DNA of 64,000 nucleotides from Lophium mytilinum. Taxonomy: Eukaryota. The stretch spans positions 456,606 through 520,605 of the forward strand of contig MU004196.1 in assembly GCA_010093605.1 (NCBI GenBank), read 5' to 3'. The position numbers and the translations under genes were made by a program. Shown one piece after another: positions 22,631-35,513 of the stretch (positions within the stretch are counted from its first letter, which is position 1; each line of letters starts with the position of its first letter). The notes beneath the pieces were generated by a model that had not been told where the DNA came from, did not search any database, and saw only the letters and a list, made by a program, of their open reading frames with translations.

Positions 22631-23490
22631 GGTGATAGAGGCGACACTTTAGGGTGTATGGCGTCAACCAAACGAAGACACAACAGGCAATGACAGGTAG
22701 GGAATAGAAAGCTTGTTTAGACCTCGAACTTGTTCGACGCCCTGGAGAAGAAAATGGCCCCAGAGGCGTTCCACGAGCCGCCTATTGAAGGACCCAAGTC
22801 CCAAGACCACACCACCGAAAGGGGAATTGAGAACGCTGATCCAGGACTTGCGTGCTATTCCATCATCTCGGAACCCACTCGAGAGGGGGGAAGATCCTGG
22901 TGTGCATGCGGTATCATGCCTCTTCATCACGAGGTCCAAGAGGGGCTAGTGGGAGTGCCGCGATTAAACCGCGATTTACCCCAGGATCTCATCCCGGTGC
23001 TGGATTGCGTGATGGCGGGTGGGACACGACGAACATGAATGCGGGGGATATTCGGTGATCTAGGAGAGATAGTGGATAGATAATAGCGCTATCTTTTGGG
23101 GTATACAGTGCGAAGTCCCTCCAAAACAGTAACAAGTGGTGCATGTTGGGGTCCGAGGAGACCAAGACCCTGGTTGAGTCGTGATTGAGCGTGGGGATGG
23201 CGTGCCTGAATATCACTCTAGTGTGGGACTACCCGTGAAAATTGCCAAATTGGACAACCAAGGAAGTTGAGGCTACATATAAGGCGTACCCAGGGTTTGC
23301 TTGCTAATGGAGATAACGGGAGCTCCTCTGTTTACGCCGGCGCGGGACGGCACGTATTCATCGGACCATTGTGAGTCTCGATACAGAACTGTATCACGAC
23401 GGTCGTACCACAATGGGCTCCGCGGGGAGGATGTACGAGTAGCTGTGATATTGTTCTAATGGAATGAACCGCAAAAGTCTAGTGGTCTCG

Positions 23491-25244
23491 CTATTGACAC
23501 GTCGAAACAAGTTTTCCGGGCGCGTCTGCTTGCCCCGGACCAGGCGCAAAGAGCTTCTGCATCCTCTGGACTAGCTCCTTCCTCTTGACATGCCAGTTGT
23601 CTGTATGTCCTGCCAGAGGCTCCAAACCCTTTTTCTCTAGCTGCGGATTGATCCAAGCCAGCAGCTCGTTCACATACTCCACCTCACGTTCTTTCAGACT
23701 GTGAAACGGCTTCCCGTACCCCTTCTCTTCCACGCGCTTTCTGTACTCCTCTTTCATCTCGCTCTCGGTAGGGAGCGATGCTTTTCCGCTAAGAACCTGT
23801 GCGAGAACCATAGCCTGGAATTCGAAAAGTGTGAAGGTGGCGGTGAAGTAAGGCACCCCAATGAAAGCTAGAGTGGGCTGAGGGATATAGAAGATGTCTT
23901 TGTGGAGATTGTGGTACTGCGTTCCGTCCGTTACCAGCGTGCGATCGTCAGCTCGTTCGGGGTCGATGTCTGCATGTAGTTGGGCAAGGAAAGGCAAGGC
24001 GACATGGTATCCGGTACAGAGGATTACCCTGTGGATGTCGCAAAGCTTCGTACCATCTTTGAGCGTTACAGTCCCTGGAATGGCCTCGTTTGCTGAAATG
24101 TTAGTTGATGTATCGCCTTCTGGAATGGCAAAAGACTCGATTTCGCTGACACGGACGCCATTTTCGGGGAGCATGGTTCCCGGAAGGTCGAACTTCCCAT
24201 TCCGATGTACTTGGTAAATGTTTTTCGCTATAGGACCTATCTCTCGGGAGATATCTGTCGATGAGACCCCTGCGCCTATTAGGAGGACGTTCTACATCGC
24301 AAAGTTAGCCGACAAGTAGCAAAGAGCCTAGTAAGATTCGAGTCAGCCTACCTTGTCTTTGAAGTCTTCTGGCTTTCTATATCTTTTCGAATGCTCTACG
24401 CGATCTGGCCAGCGACGTTTCCACTCCGAAAGGCCCGGAATATCAGGCACTCGAGGAGTGTGGTAATGGCCAGATGCGACTATTACGCTGTCGTACTCCT
24501 AATTCTCTTGTGAGGAAAATTCCCGATGAACTTCGAATTACTTACCGAAACCGTCCTTTCTAACGCAATGCCCGTGCCTGCTTGAGCTTTCTGCAGCGTG
24601 CTTGTCTCCACGATCCACTTTCCGTTGCTTTCTTTGACACTTCGGACCTCGGTGTTGAGTTTGATAAGACTGTCGACTCCATTTTGCCTAGCAACGTCCT
24701 GGATGTAATCGCCTAGGACCTTGTGACTGACGAAATCGGGAGTGCCTGAGGGGAACGCGGTGAGGGTCGTCTCCAACAGCGGAGTAGAGACATTATTCGT
24801 TAGCCCGTCGTAGCAAGGTCTTTACTAGGCTCATTGATTTAGTACTTGTATCAGCAACTTTAAAATATGCTCTGGACTTACCCAGGCGGCGCGTGTTGGA
24901 GCAAACGATGCTCGTCTTCGGACTGGTAATCGCTTTCGGAACCATCGTGATCGGAGCCACTGTTCTCAGACCCTCCGCCATCTGCATCAACTGGGTGGTG
25001 ATCGAGAGGTTTTTCCGCTGGATAGGTTGGCTCTAGCGGTTGCCTGGGGTCATATATCCTATGAATTGTTTAGCAGCTGTGCATGAGTTCGGAGCTGTCG
25101 CACATCTCACCATACGCCTCCAGCTTGTGCTGATCTTTCAAAGACGACGACGTCTAGTCCTTCATTCTTCAAATGAGCAGCTGTTACTACTCCACTAATC
25201 CCGGCACCAATCACCGCAACGCGCTTAACGGATGATGTAGGCAT
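23491..25244 (-). CDS. Flavin-containing monooxygenase (FMO; thiol-specific Fmo1-like), multi-exon
   Basis: KRVAVIGAGISG (FAD-binding), FERSAQAGGVW, VASGHYHTPRVP, EHSKRYRKP (FMO fingerprint), VLLIGAGVS (NADPH-binding), ILCTGY. Confidence 0.92.
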
Positions 25245-25927
25245 TGAATGTCTAACAAGTGTACGATGATTACTCCGCTCCGTCAATGTAAATTGTGTAT
25301 CCAAATCTTGTAGATGCACAAGTGCGACCGGTAGTCGATATGCCTGTCGCTACCATTCCTTAGCTTGCTGGCGTCAGCTTGTCCCAATATTTGCATAACG
25401 CGATTGTACAGTATCTGGGCCACTACCCCGCATAGCATCGTACCACGGCACAGCTACAAATGGGCCGAATACCGAACCATTCGAAGGATTGTAGGGACGT
25501 CTTATTGCATCATGAAGCCCGCCAAAGGCAAACCGTGGGAATTTGCTGTATCAAGATGCCGAACTTCCATCTTAGAGCGCAGCCACATCCAGAACAGGCA
25601 TCCCGTGGTGAAATCGATCTTTTGGCGACCGATAAGAAGCATCTGTATTTCCAATCCACCTAGGAAATGGAGATAGTGGTGCGACGCGGAGGTTGAGCGC
25701 AATCGTGTTGAGGAATGTCGTGCTTGTTGCAGATCGCCAACCCCGCAACACCACGCAGCCACGCGCAGTGGCCGACACGACGCGCTCGAGATGACAAACA
25801 CCAGACCCTGGAACAAAGATGTTGCGGGGTATAAGAGATCGAGGGTACGAGTCGTGTAAGAAATATCTTCCAAACTAAATTCTCCTACCTTTTGATTCAT
25901 TTCACATATACATATTCATATATCAAA

Positions 25928-27399
25928 ATGGCCCCAATCGCCATCCCCATCCACCCCTCAATAAAGGAGGCCGACACCGTTCAACCGAAAAAAGACACCC
26001 TCGGCCTCCCCGAGGCAGCTCGCGCTCGTCTCGAGAAAGCAGGCATTGACCTCTCAAATGGCTATCCCTATCGCCCCGCCAAACCATTATACATCGATGA
26101 CGTCTATAAGATCCGCAACGAGGACCGCCCCTTCACGGACCCAGGATCCCGTGCTGACCCAGAAAAGAAGGCTCTCCTCTCGGCCGCGAAGGAAGTGAAG
26201 CACCTAACCGCGCACATCGGCACCGAGATCGTGGGACTGCAGCTCAAAGATCTCACCGATCAGCAGAAAGATGAGTTAGGACTTCTGATCGCGGAGAGGA
26301 GCGTTGTTTTCTTCCGCGATCAGGATCTCTCGCCGCAAGACCAAAAGAAGCTGGGAGAGTACTATGGGGAGATTGAAGTGCATCCCCAGGTCCCTACGGT
26401 TCCGGGCCTGCCCGGTGTGACTGTGCTCTGGCCAGCACTTCAGGCACAGGAGTTCCCTGCGAACTTTAGGAACCCGGGTGGTGCGAGTCGCTGGCATACG
26501 GATCTTGTGCATGAGCGACAGCCGGCGGGCGTGACGCATTTGCACAACGATACCATTCCGAGTATTGGAGGGGACACGCTCTGGGCGTCTGGTAAGTCTA
26601 GTCTCGACGAAACTCTGAACTGGAGAGAAAGGAGATCCTAATCTCTGTGATATAGGCTATTCGGCATATGAGAAATTGTCGCCCGACTTCCGAAAGATTA
26701 TCGATGGTAAGGAGGCGGTGTATCGCAGTGCGCATCCGTACCTCGACCGGGACAACCTCACCGCCGGTCCAAAGTTCATTGAGCGTACCCATCCACTCGT
26801 GCGTGTGCATCCCGCTACCGGCTGGAAAGCGCTTTGGGTCAACCGCGCCAGTACGTAAGCTCCCGATAAAGATGAAAACTTTCCCAGCAATTTGTTTGTT
26901 TGAAAAACTACTCAGGGAGTATTCCGAGACAACCCTAGTGGTGTCTTGAAATCGCCCGAAGAAGTGTCTTACGCAACAGTTGTCACAAGGAATCGACATT
27001 GTTTTCCTCATTCTGGTTCTGAAAGATTTGCTAACTTTATTGCCACCTTAAGTGACGTTGAGGATCGTTGGACTTGACAAGGCGGAGAGCGATGTGATTT
27101 TGAACTATCTATATGATGTTTATGAGAAGAATGTGGACATTCAGGTGCGATTCAAGTGGACGCCGAGGACGTCCGCTCTATGGGACAATAGGTGAGCTTA
27201 TCTGATTCTACCTGAATTTGGACTTCAAGGATAGATGCTAATCGAGAGTAGGATTACGATCCACAACGCCAGCTGGGACTACGAAGGAAAGGAGCCGAGA
27301 CATGGAACGAGAGTTACTTCGCTGGCGGAAAAGCCATATTTCGATGCGAAGGCGCCGACCAGGAGGCAGGCTTTGGGATTGGCGGGACCGGAGGAGTGA
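25928..27399 (+). CDS. TauD/TfdA-family alpha-ketoglutarate-dependent (sulfonate/taurine) dioxygenase
   Basis: IGTEIVGLQL, RSVVFFRDQ, WHTDLVHE (HxD), GGDTLWASG|Y, HPLVRVHPATGWKALWVN, WDNR|ITIH; introns ~26592-26656, 26851-27052 and ~27192-27251. Confidence 0.95.
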
Positions 27400-27893
27400 G
27401 GATCCTGCGTTTTTGATAGCCACATTTGCGAGGGATTATGAAATCAATTTCTTGGATTCAAACAAAGATCGCATGCGCGAAATGACAAGACTGGGATCTG
27501 TGTTTGGGCACCGGAGCCTTTCTCCTCTCTACGCAACCTCGTTAATAGCAATACAACCCTTTTCTCGGTAACGAACTTAACAGTTGTTAATGTACTCGCT
27601 TGCGGAATCTGTTGCCCATCGTATTAGGGCGTCGTCGGCTCCGGAGGGCTGAACGCGACGACCCATGTGGTGGAGCGACAACGAGCAGCGCCGCCAGCAA
27701 AAGAAAGTGGTCGAGATCGCATGATGTCGGTTCAAGTGAGGCGTAAGTATGACAACAAGACAGAGGTAGCATCATGATTTGCTAAAGTGTTTCTGTAGGC
27801 GAAAACATGTTTGATAAGATTCTGCTCATTTACGAACTTGAAAGTACTGTGCTAATAGCCCAGCTATGATCTCGTGATTGATCCTGTCGTTAC

Positions 27894-28460
27894 TTAAAAG
27901 CCATTCACGGGTTGGACACTCCGAATCGTTTCAGGGCGGGCTTCGGGGATGCTGAGAACCTCTATGTCTGTCTGCTGAGGAAGACGCGCGCGAGCGAAGA
28001 CTTCCTTCGCATACTTCTTCCGTCCCGCGCTTTCCGCAATCCACTCAGGTTTGTGTCCTTCGACAAGTTCTGCTCCAACCTTCTTCCCATCACGGTTCAG
28101 CCAGCTGACGATCTCATTCACATATGGCACCTCCTCATCTCCAAGCTCGTGCAGCGATCTACCCAGCCCCTTTCTCAATACTCGATGGGCATACTCCGCT
28201 CTCATGTCTGTCTCCTTTGGGAGTCCTGCACTTCCAGCAAATACGGCAGCGACCGCAATAGCCTGGAATTCGAAAAGAGGAAACGTCGATACCGAGTACG
28301 CCGTGCCAACGAATGCGAGACTTGGATCGGGAATGTAAAGTATATCACGGTCCAGGTTATGCAGCTGGCTGCCGTCTTGCGTCACGAGCGCTTTTTCGTC
28401 CGCCTCTTCTAGTGGGACGTTATCTCGATGGTATTCGTCTAAGAAAGGAAGGATCTTTTC
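27894..28460 (-). pseudogene. 5'-truncated FMO paralog (C-terminal fragment only)
   Basis: LPFL...ALVTQDGSQLHNLDRDILYIPDPSLAFVG...FPLFEFQA aligns by eye with the C-terminus of the FMO at 23491-24174. No FAD/NADPH motifs upstream; similarity stops near 28455. Confidence 0.8.
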
Positions 28461-28504
28461 CAGGCGCACGGTCCTTCAAGCGCTCATTACGATTGGAGGT
28501 GGAT

Positions 28505-28630
28505 TGAGACAAAGTAAGGCATCGATCAGGTTCATCAGCACGGTTTGGCTCGAATCTTGCTCACTCGACATCACTGTAAGGGGCGGCTTGGCCAGTCAAT
28601 AGCTGGCCAGTCAAAAGGTTGTCCATTTTG
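28505..28630 (-). repeat. Solitary inverted copy of the box A-N28-box B repeat
   Basis: Minus strand reads caaaatggacaaCCTTTTGAC tggccagctattgactggccaagccgcc CCTTACAGTG atgtcgagtgagcaagattcgagcc: exact 28-nt spacer and the shared GAGCAAGA..GAGCC tail. Confidence 0.8.
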
Positions 28631-28659
28631 CACGGCTTAGAACTTGACAAGAGCCCTAC

Positions 28660-29403
28660 TCATCGCTTCAAATTCATCAAAGCAACAATCTTGGGCCGCT
28701 TCTCATCCCATTCATCCCAAACAATTGAGTATATAGCGGTGTGCCTCCCCGGTAGTTCTCCTTTCGTGCCATTTCTCTCCTCAAGCGCTTCTACAGGGAG
28801 CACTACTTCACCGCCCGGAAAGACACGATTCCACCTTGCGACACCCTCGAATTCGAATCCCATACGCAGAGCAGCTCTCCGAGACGCAGCGTTCTCCGCG
28901 TGCGTCTTCCACTCCACGCGCCGCAGTCCTAGACCTCCAGCGGGGAGGGGATCGAGCGTATACAAGAGCAAGAGCCCTATCGCATTTGTGGCGACGTGTG
29001 TTCGTTGAAAGGCCGGGGAGATCATTACACCGATCTCTGTGCACGCATTAACCGGGCTTGTGGAAGTCAAAGCTAAAGTGCCGGCGTAGTTGTCTTTGAG
29101 GTCAGATTCCCCCTTTTTAGAAATGACGATCTTATCAAAGACAACGTATATGCATGCTTCGGGTGATGAGCCAAAATGCCTGCCGTAGAATTCTATGAAG
29201 TCTTCTGTGGTGTCCCCGATTGGTAGAGACACGTATGTAAGGAGGCTTGGGTTGGCTTTGATATCTTTCACGAAACGCGTTGCATGAATGGCTGGCTGGC
29301 GAACCGAGAGTGAGTTTGAATCGGCATTCCTTTGGCGAAGAGAGTACACATACATCGAATGGCTCGAGAGCAACGAAATCGTTCTCCAGGCGCTTTTGTT
29401 CAT
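28660..29403 (-). CDS. GNAT acetyltransferase (RimJ/RimL, Acetyltransf_3 type)
   Basis: EIGVMISPAFQRTHVATNAIGLLL, LRRVEWKTHAENAASRRAALRMGFEFEG, RHTAIYSIVWDEW; probable intron ~29300-29352. Confidence 0.9.
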   Translation of the reverse strand: MNKSAWRTISLLSSHSMYVYSLRQRNADSNSLSVRQPAIHATRFVKDIKANPSLLTYVSLPIGDTTEDFIEFYGRHFGSSPEACIYVVFDKIVISKKGESDLKDNYAGTLALTSTSPVNACTEIGVMISPAFQRTHVATNAIGLLLLYTLDPLPAGGLGLRRVEWKTHAENAASRRAALRMGFEFEGVARWNRVFPGGEVVLPVEALEERNGTKGELPGRHTAIYSIVWDEWDEKRPKIVALMNLKR

Positions 29404-30207
29404 AATGGAAGGCCCTTTGGGACATGAAGTAAAGCGTCTATGTCGAAAGTGTTCTTAGTTATGAGAGACTAAAGAAAGATTGATGTGGAAATTTATGATC
29501 CAAATCTTTGTACAATGGAGGCACATAGATTTATAAGCAAAAACACGTGGCTGTCGATCAAGTCTTGGCAAAACTCATGCTCAATATCGCAACTCACTAC
29601 CCGGAATACTGGTCATTAGGCTTTTACTAATGTTGAAATCTACTATAGGAGTACTTCGAAGTAGCCTTTCCACTGTATACCCCCGAGGTGTGATCGTTGA
29701 TGACTCAAAATTACGGTAGAGTGTAGGTCCAATAGCATGAGTACTCGTTCAGATGATGTAGAAACCAGGAGATGGAAGATTGAGTCGTCTGTGCTCTTAT
29801 AGTTAGCTTCAATAGAATCGGGGCCGAGTGTTTGTTGTTTTTGCTACCACATTGTCCCAGCACTCGATCAAGGACGGGCGATTGGTCACTTCCCCTTATT
29901 GTGCTGGCAGGTTGCCCGTAGATTTGAAGCAATTCTGGCCAGAACATTTACACATAGTCGAATATGGGAAACCCCAGCTCTTAGAGCCATCCCCCAGGTG
30001 AGCTTGCAATGTTGAAAGATACAGAGGCATGACATCAAGAATATGGTTAATTCACTCCACAAAGTACTTACGACGCTCAACCATAATTAGTTTATCTACA
30101 GACGTATCTCTGTAATCTTTGCTCCTCCAACTCCTCACACACCACTCTTTCAAATTTCCATAACACCAGAACCTCCACTCCGAAAACACTTATTCGCACC
30201 CCACAGA

Positions 30208-31422
30208 ATGGCTTCTCCGCCACTAACCAACTCAGATCCCGACCTGGATACCAAGGCGTATGTAAAGGTTCAGTTACTTCTTATCTTACCACTTACTAAC
30301 AAGAGCACAGTGTCGATCAGATCGTGACCGAGCAGGACCTATGTGCTCACTCCATTCTCCTCAGTCGCCTCACTCTCTCCAACAAAGATGCAGCCGTAAA
30401 ACCTAACGAAGAGTCATCGATCCATGAAGCTCACGACAATGGCCTTCTTTCCGACTCCAACGGCCTGCACAATCTCCCAGCTAGCCAGAGCGTCCACCCA
30501 AACCAGGGTCGCGAACAACAGTGCTCCCACCCGAGGAAGCTATGTGGCGTTTGTCTCTCTTGCTTTGCGGACAGCTACGTGCCCTCCACTCAAACTCACC
30601 CAATCGACTTTATCCAAGGTGATTCCTTGGAGACTGTTGATGAAGGGTCCCATCCTCATTCTGCCTCTCTCCGTGGCATCACTCCGGATGGCCCATACCC
30701 GCCTGGTTTCGACCCCAAGTCCCTTACCCGTGCCGAAGCGTACGAACTTGCAGACATCCGTTTTGGACGCCTTCTTAGGGAGTTGACGGAGGACGCTTGC
30801 AGAGAGGCATGGACAAACCCAGCAAACGGGCGAGTGGATCCGCTTATGACTATAGAAATGACGCGAGAGCTCCTGCGAGAAGGCATCGTCGATGGTTCTT
30901 TGGGGGTAGAGGTGGAGGATGATCCCGCGAGGGAACTTCCAGAGGAGGAGAGGAGTGCTGAAGCGCCATCGGCAGCAGAGGAACCGGAGCGTTTCGATCC
31001 TCTGAGCGAGGTGGATAAGCAGCGTCTGAGGGAGCTTGAGGAGCTGGAACGCGCTGGTGGAATTGCCGAACCAGAGATACGGGAGATGATGTATCTGAGG
31101 GTGCGGGATCTGAAGGATTGTCTATTCCCTGCAGACTACGCGCCTGAATATCGTGAGTTATACCATGTATCAGTTCAGACCAAGGGAGATTACTGACTAT
31201 AGCCCAGCCCCGCAGCCGACTTCTTCGGAGATCAGCGCTGTGCCTACCATTCACTGCCCTACTTGTTGCAAGGTCAAGCCCCTCCGTGCTTGTACTGGTT
31301 GCAAGAGGATTGCGTATTGTTCTACGAAGTGCCAGCGCGCAGATTGGAGCCGCCACAAGCATTATTGCTGTAGTGCCCGCGCTGGCGAAAAAGAGAATGT
31401 GCCGGTTGAGGGAATAGAGTAA
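30208..31422 (+). CDS. MYND zinc finger protein
   Basis: C-terminal CPTC...CTGCKRIAYCSTKCQRADWSRHKHYC. Intron 31153-31207 (GTGAGT...CTGAC...CAG) joins the frames; first intron ~30259-30310. Confidence 0.75.
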
Positions 31423-31746
31423 GACCGATGGCTCAGCTTCTTGCTGCGGGTAGAGCGTTTGGGCTCGTATGGCGGTCCATCAATGACCTCCCAATCAAAT
31501 TTAGCACTACGGCAAATGACGAAGCGTGGGGTGTTCTGGAAGGATCGTTCGGCTCGAGGATCTTCCTAGGAGATTCGAGAGTATAGAGTAGCAGACCTTG
31601 TATACATACAGCTACGGCATGATTGAGTCTTGTATCAATGAGATAATTCGTCGCTTCAAGCGAGCGACAAGCTAGGATTCAAGTGTCTCCATTACTGATA
31701 TATCGCAAGGGAATGCAGATAGTGGCTACATAGGTTTCCAGCCAGC

Positions 31747-32172
31747 TTAGAATCTCTCAGCCATATCCGCATTGACTTCTTCCAAATCCTCCATAATCTC
31801 TCTGCCCACCTCTTCCCGTTCCTCGCCCCCTGTTATGTTCTCCTCGGCCGAATAGTCCGCTTCCCAAGAATCACGGTATTCGATCTCCATGTCGTAGTTG
31901 TAACCGCCGTCTTCGTCGTCGTTGAAGTCTTCCTCTTCAGAGGAGTTGGAAGCAGAGAGGGTGCGGTACTCAAGGCTCTCTAGAAGGGTACTGTACGCAT
32001 CTTGCAACTCTCGAAACTTCATCTGCGCTTCGAGGCGGGCGAGGGGCTTCATAGCCTGGAGGGCGGATGAGGAGTACTGAGTGGAGAGAGTGTTGAAGGT
32101 AGTGGTTATTTGAACGCGGGTAGCGGTGGGAGGAAGGCCAAGAAAGACGTGAGGAGGTATTTGTTGTGACAT
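31747..32172 (-). CDS. J-domain-like protein lacking HPD, acidic C-terminus
   Basis: PHVFLGLPPTATRVQITTTFNTLSTQYSS...AQMKFRELQDAYSTL follows the J-domain helix pattern, but the HPD position reads YSS. Confidence 0.6.
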   Translation of the reverse strand: MSQQIPPHVFLGLPPTATRVQITTTFNTLSTQYSSSALQAMKPLARLEAQMKFRELQDAYSTLLESLEYRTLSASNSSEEEDFNDDEDGGYNYDMEIEYRDSWEADYSAEENITGGEEREEVGREIMEDLEEVNADMAERF

Positions 32173-32580
32173 CTCTAAGTCTTTCCTGTTTGACAATACC
32201 GTTGGTGCGGCGTAGTATTCGAGTTTGTAACGAAGTAAGTTCTAGTCAAGTTGTCTTGTAATATGTGATCGTAGGAGATTTTGGGAGACTCTTAATGGCG
32301 GTCTATGATAGCGGTCGTCAGTACTGTATACTGCCACTAAATGTACTCGTGCATCAATGAGTTGTCTTTGAGAGGTGATGGTAAGTCCCCTTCACATCGT
32401 GCCACATAGTCTCGGAGCATTCAACCAATCAACGTCATCATTCGTTCTTTAGCCCCGAAGCGAGCCTTACCCCTGAAGCAGATCCCTTGGCATTACCCTC
32501 ATCTTGGACTTCACGTTCCTCTCCCATCTTTCCACCACCATCAAAACAATGATTGTATAAGACTCACTCCTATCAGCACA

Positions 32581-34973
32581 ATGCCCCTCCCCAAAACCCT
32601 CCTGCCCGCCTCCCGGCCCCGCCCGAATAGTAAACGCACAGGCCCTTGTCCGCTATGCAACTCTCTATCTCCGCTCTCCCATCCCAACACGTCATACGCG
32701 ACGGAATCTGCAAAGCGCGTGCACAAAACTTTGACCCTTGTCATCGACAGCCTTGCACTCCAGAAATTAAAGAATTGTAACCATTGCAAGCTGCTGTGCG
32801 ACGCGCTGGACGCCTTTTTTAAGGATTGGCGTAGTCGTAGTGGCAGGATTGTGGTGGAGATGGGGGAGAAGAGTCCGGTAATGGTACGATGGGATGGGAA
32901 AGAGGGGAAGGGGGCATATTTGCAGATTTATGGGGGTTCCGGTGGGTGCGATGTTCTCATATTGTCATTAGAAATTGTTTCTCTTCCAATATCTCAACGT
33001 TCAGTGTCCATTCGATTACATAGATAGATCAACTATTCTCATAATCATGAAGAGAGGGTTCTAAGAATTATTGGTTTCAATGTTTCATCGCGGACCTTCC
33101 TGAAAACAGGGCTCCCGCTAGTTTTTGCTTCTCGAACAATTCCCTTCCCTCGTCTTCTTTACCCTCCTAGCTCTTTCCTCCTATCTTTCGCTACGTTAGC
33201 TATCTCTATGTATCAATCATTTGCATAAGCCCTACATATGGACTAATTACAATTCCAGACACCCGCCCCCCTTGGCCCACTCTCGGCTCCGCCCATCCCA
33301 TCCCGTCCTCCTCCGGCTCCGACGCCACGCTCGCCTTCGCCCGCCGTTGCCTCTCCGACTGTCTAACCTCACCCGCCCACACACTCTGCCGACTTCCCGC
33401 TTCAACTTCCACCATTACTCTCCCTGCTCGCCTCCTCGACGTCGGCCGCGTCAACGCCCCTATCAAGCTAGTGAGAACACCGCACAACGCGACCCCGTCA
33501 ACTCTTCCCTACGCCACGCTCTCGCACTGCTGGGGCCCGAATCCGCTCTTGTCAACTACGTCGAGTAGTATAGCGGCGTTTGGAAGGGGCATTCACTGGG
33601 ACGCTCTCCCACCACTCTTCCGTGATGCGGTGATCTTAACACGGCAGCTGGGCTTGCGTTATATTTGGATTGACTCGCTGTGTATCATCCAAGACAGCGA
33701 AGCCGACTGGGAGGTTGAAAGCGCGAAGATGGGTGCGATATATCAGGCCTCACATGTTACGCTTGTAGCGGTGGAGTGTGGGGATAGTAACACGCCTATC
33801 TTCAAAGAGCGGAGTAAATTTGGGTGTCACGGGATTCAGATGAGTTACACGGATGGGAGAGGTAAAGAGAAGGAGGTTACTGTAAGGAGGATGTTGGATC
33901 AACATCCAGATAGCGGGAAAGGTGGAAAAGTCAGGCCGAGGGGTCCGTTGATGGGGAGGGCGTGGGCGTTGCAGGAGCATGTGCTTGCCGCGCGTGTGCT
34001 GCTGTTTACGGAAAGTGAACTAATGTTCGAGTGCCGAACAGGGTGGAGGTGCGAGTGTATGCCCGGGGATAAGAAAGCGGGGGCAGCGGGGACGACGCCG
34101 GGAATGATGCCGAAAGCGCTTGCGAGCCTTGATTGCTCAGGGGCTACTAACGAGTCAAAGAAAAGGAAGAGGAACAAGAAACCAGAGCTGAAATCAAAGA
34201 AAACTGATCTGGGGAGATTGTGGTCGACTTGGCATAAGCTGGTCGCTTCATACAGCACGCGTGCGCTCACGCACTCTCGAGACAAGCTCCCTGCAATATC
34301 AGGATTGGCATTTCAAATTGCCAGCACAACGTCTTCGCCATACGTGGCTGGGTTGTGGTTGAACAACCTTTCGCATGATCTTCTCTGGTCCTCTCACCCG
34401 TTGTTGGCGCCACCGCATCTCGCTCCTCGATTAGCTTCGTATCGCGCACCGAGTTTCAGTTGGGCGAGCGTCGACACAGAGGCGCTCTACTATGAGCCCG
34501 ATAAGAGTGAGGGCGAGAAGCTAAGGTCGAACATTGAGGTGCTGGACTGGAACATCAATGTTAAAGGGGAGAACTTACTCGGAGAAGTGAGCGGTGGATA
34601 TATCGTGCTCAAAGGCCAAGTAGTAGAGGGCACGCTGGTGGCCAATAAAGAGGGAGAACTCAGGTACTCGGTGCTTGTGCGAGGGTCGAGCTCATTGAGC
34701 ATGGCGCCAGATTCCCTGATCGTTGAGGCTGGAGCCCAGACCGAGGGAGAGGCTGCAAAGACAGTCCGCCGAGCGAGGCCCGGAGAAGACAGGGGAGATG
34801 TCCGCGCGAAAGTCCTGTGTCTCAATGTCGCTGGGTTCGGGCGGGAGTGGATCAGTGGATTGGTGCTTGGTCTTTCGACAAAAGAGCCAGGTGCTTACGA
34901 GAGAGTCGGGGTATTCGAAAGCGGGAGTGAGGTTTTTGTTGGGAAGGAAAAGAAGGAGGTGAGGATCGTATGA
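32581..34973 (+). CDS. HET domain (PF06985-type) heterokaryon incompatibility-like protein
   Basis: PYATLSHCWG, YIWIDSLCIIQDSEADW, SAKMGAIY, PLMGRAWALQE, YSTRALT...DKLPAISG, APSFSWAS; intron ~32942-33258. Confidence 0.9.
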
Positions 34974-35513
34974 CTGCCGAGCATGAAATCATCGATGGCC
35001 TTTGAACGAGGCTCGTCCATTATTCGTGATCACCATATTACTCACGGAGGCTTTCACGCCTCGTCCCATCGGCGCATAAACGTGCTACATTGAAAATCAT
35101 CTGTCATTTAGCGTTCTCAACTACTTACCGATAACCAGGTCTGCGCGTCTCATCATCACCATACTTCTAGGATTCAAAACAGAATCGGTTCAGCTTCCCT
35201 ATACATAGACTTGGAGGAGGGGAGGGGTTAAATTTTTGGGACGGCAAATGCGAAGTCCTCAGTAGGTTTTGGCCTGAGTAATCAAATCTACATGACATTT
35301 TTTAGCATCAGAAGAAGTACTTATATAATTCTCATGCGCGAGAAAAAATCTAGTGGCATGGATCTTGAGCTACGAATGAGAAAGCAGGCAGTGCCCACTA
35401 GCGCATGCATCTATCTCCGTCAATTTCAACCCTCAATCCAATCAAACCAAAGGAACCAGTTCCAACCCTCAATCCTTCTCTAACAGACCCCATGCCCTAT
35501 CCTCGTCTATATC

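Noticed and set aside
25245..25927. MetR/CYS-3 site in the FMO-TauD promoter
   Set aside because: Only imperfect bZIP-like sites (ATTGCATCAT, TTGCATAAC); no exact ATGRYRYCAT seen.
31153..31207. Apparent frameshift before the MYND finger
   Set aside because: Explained by a canonical 55-nt intron.
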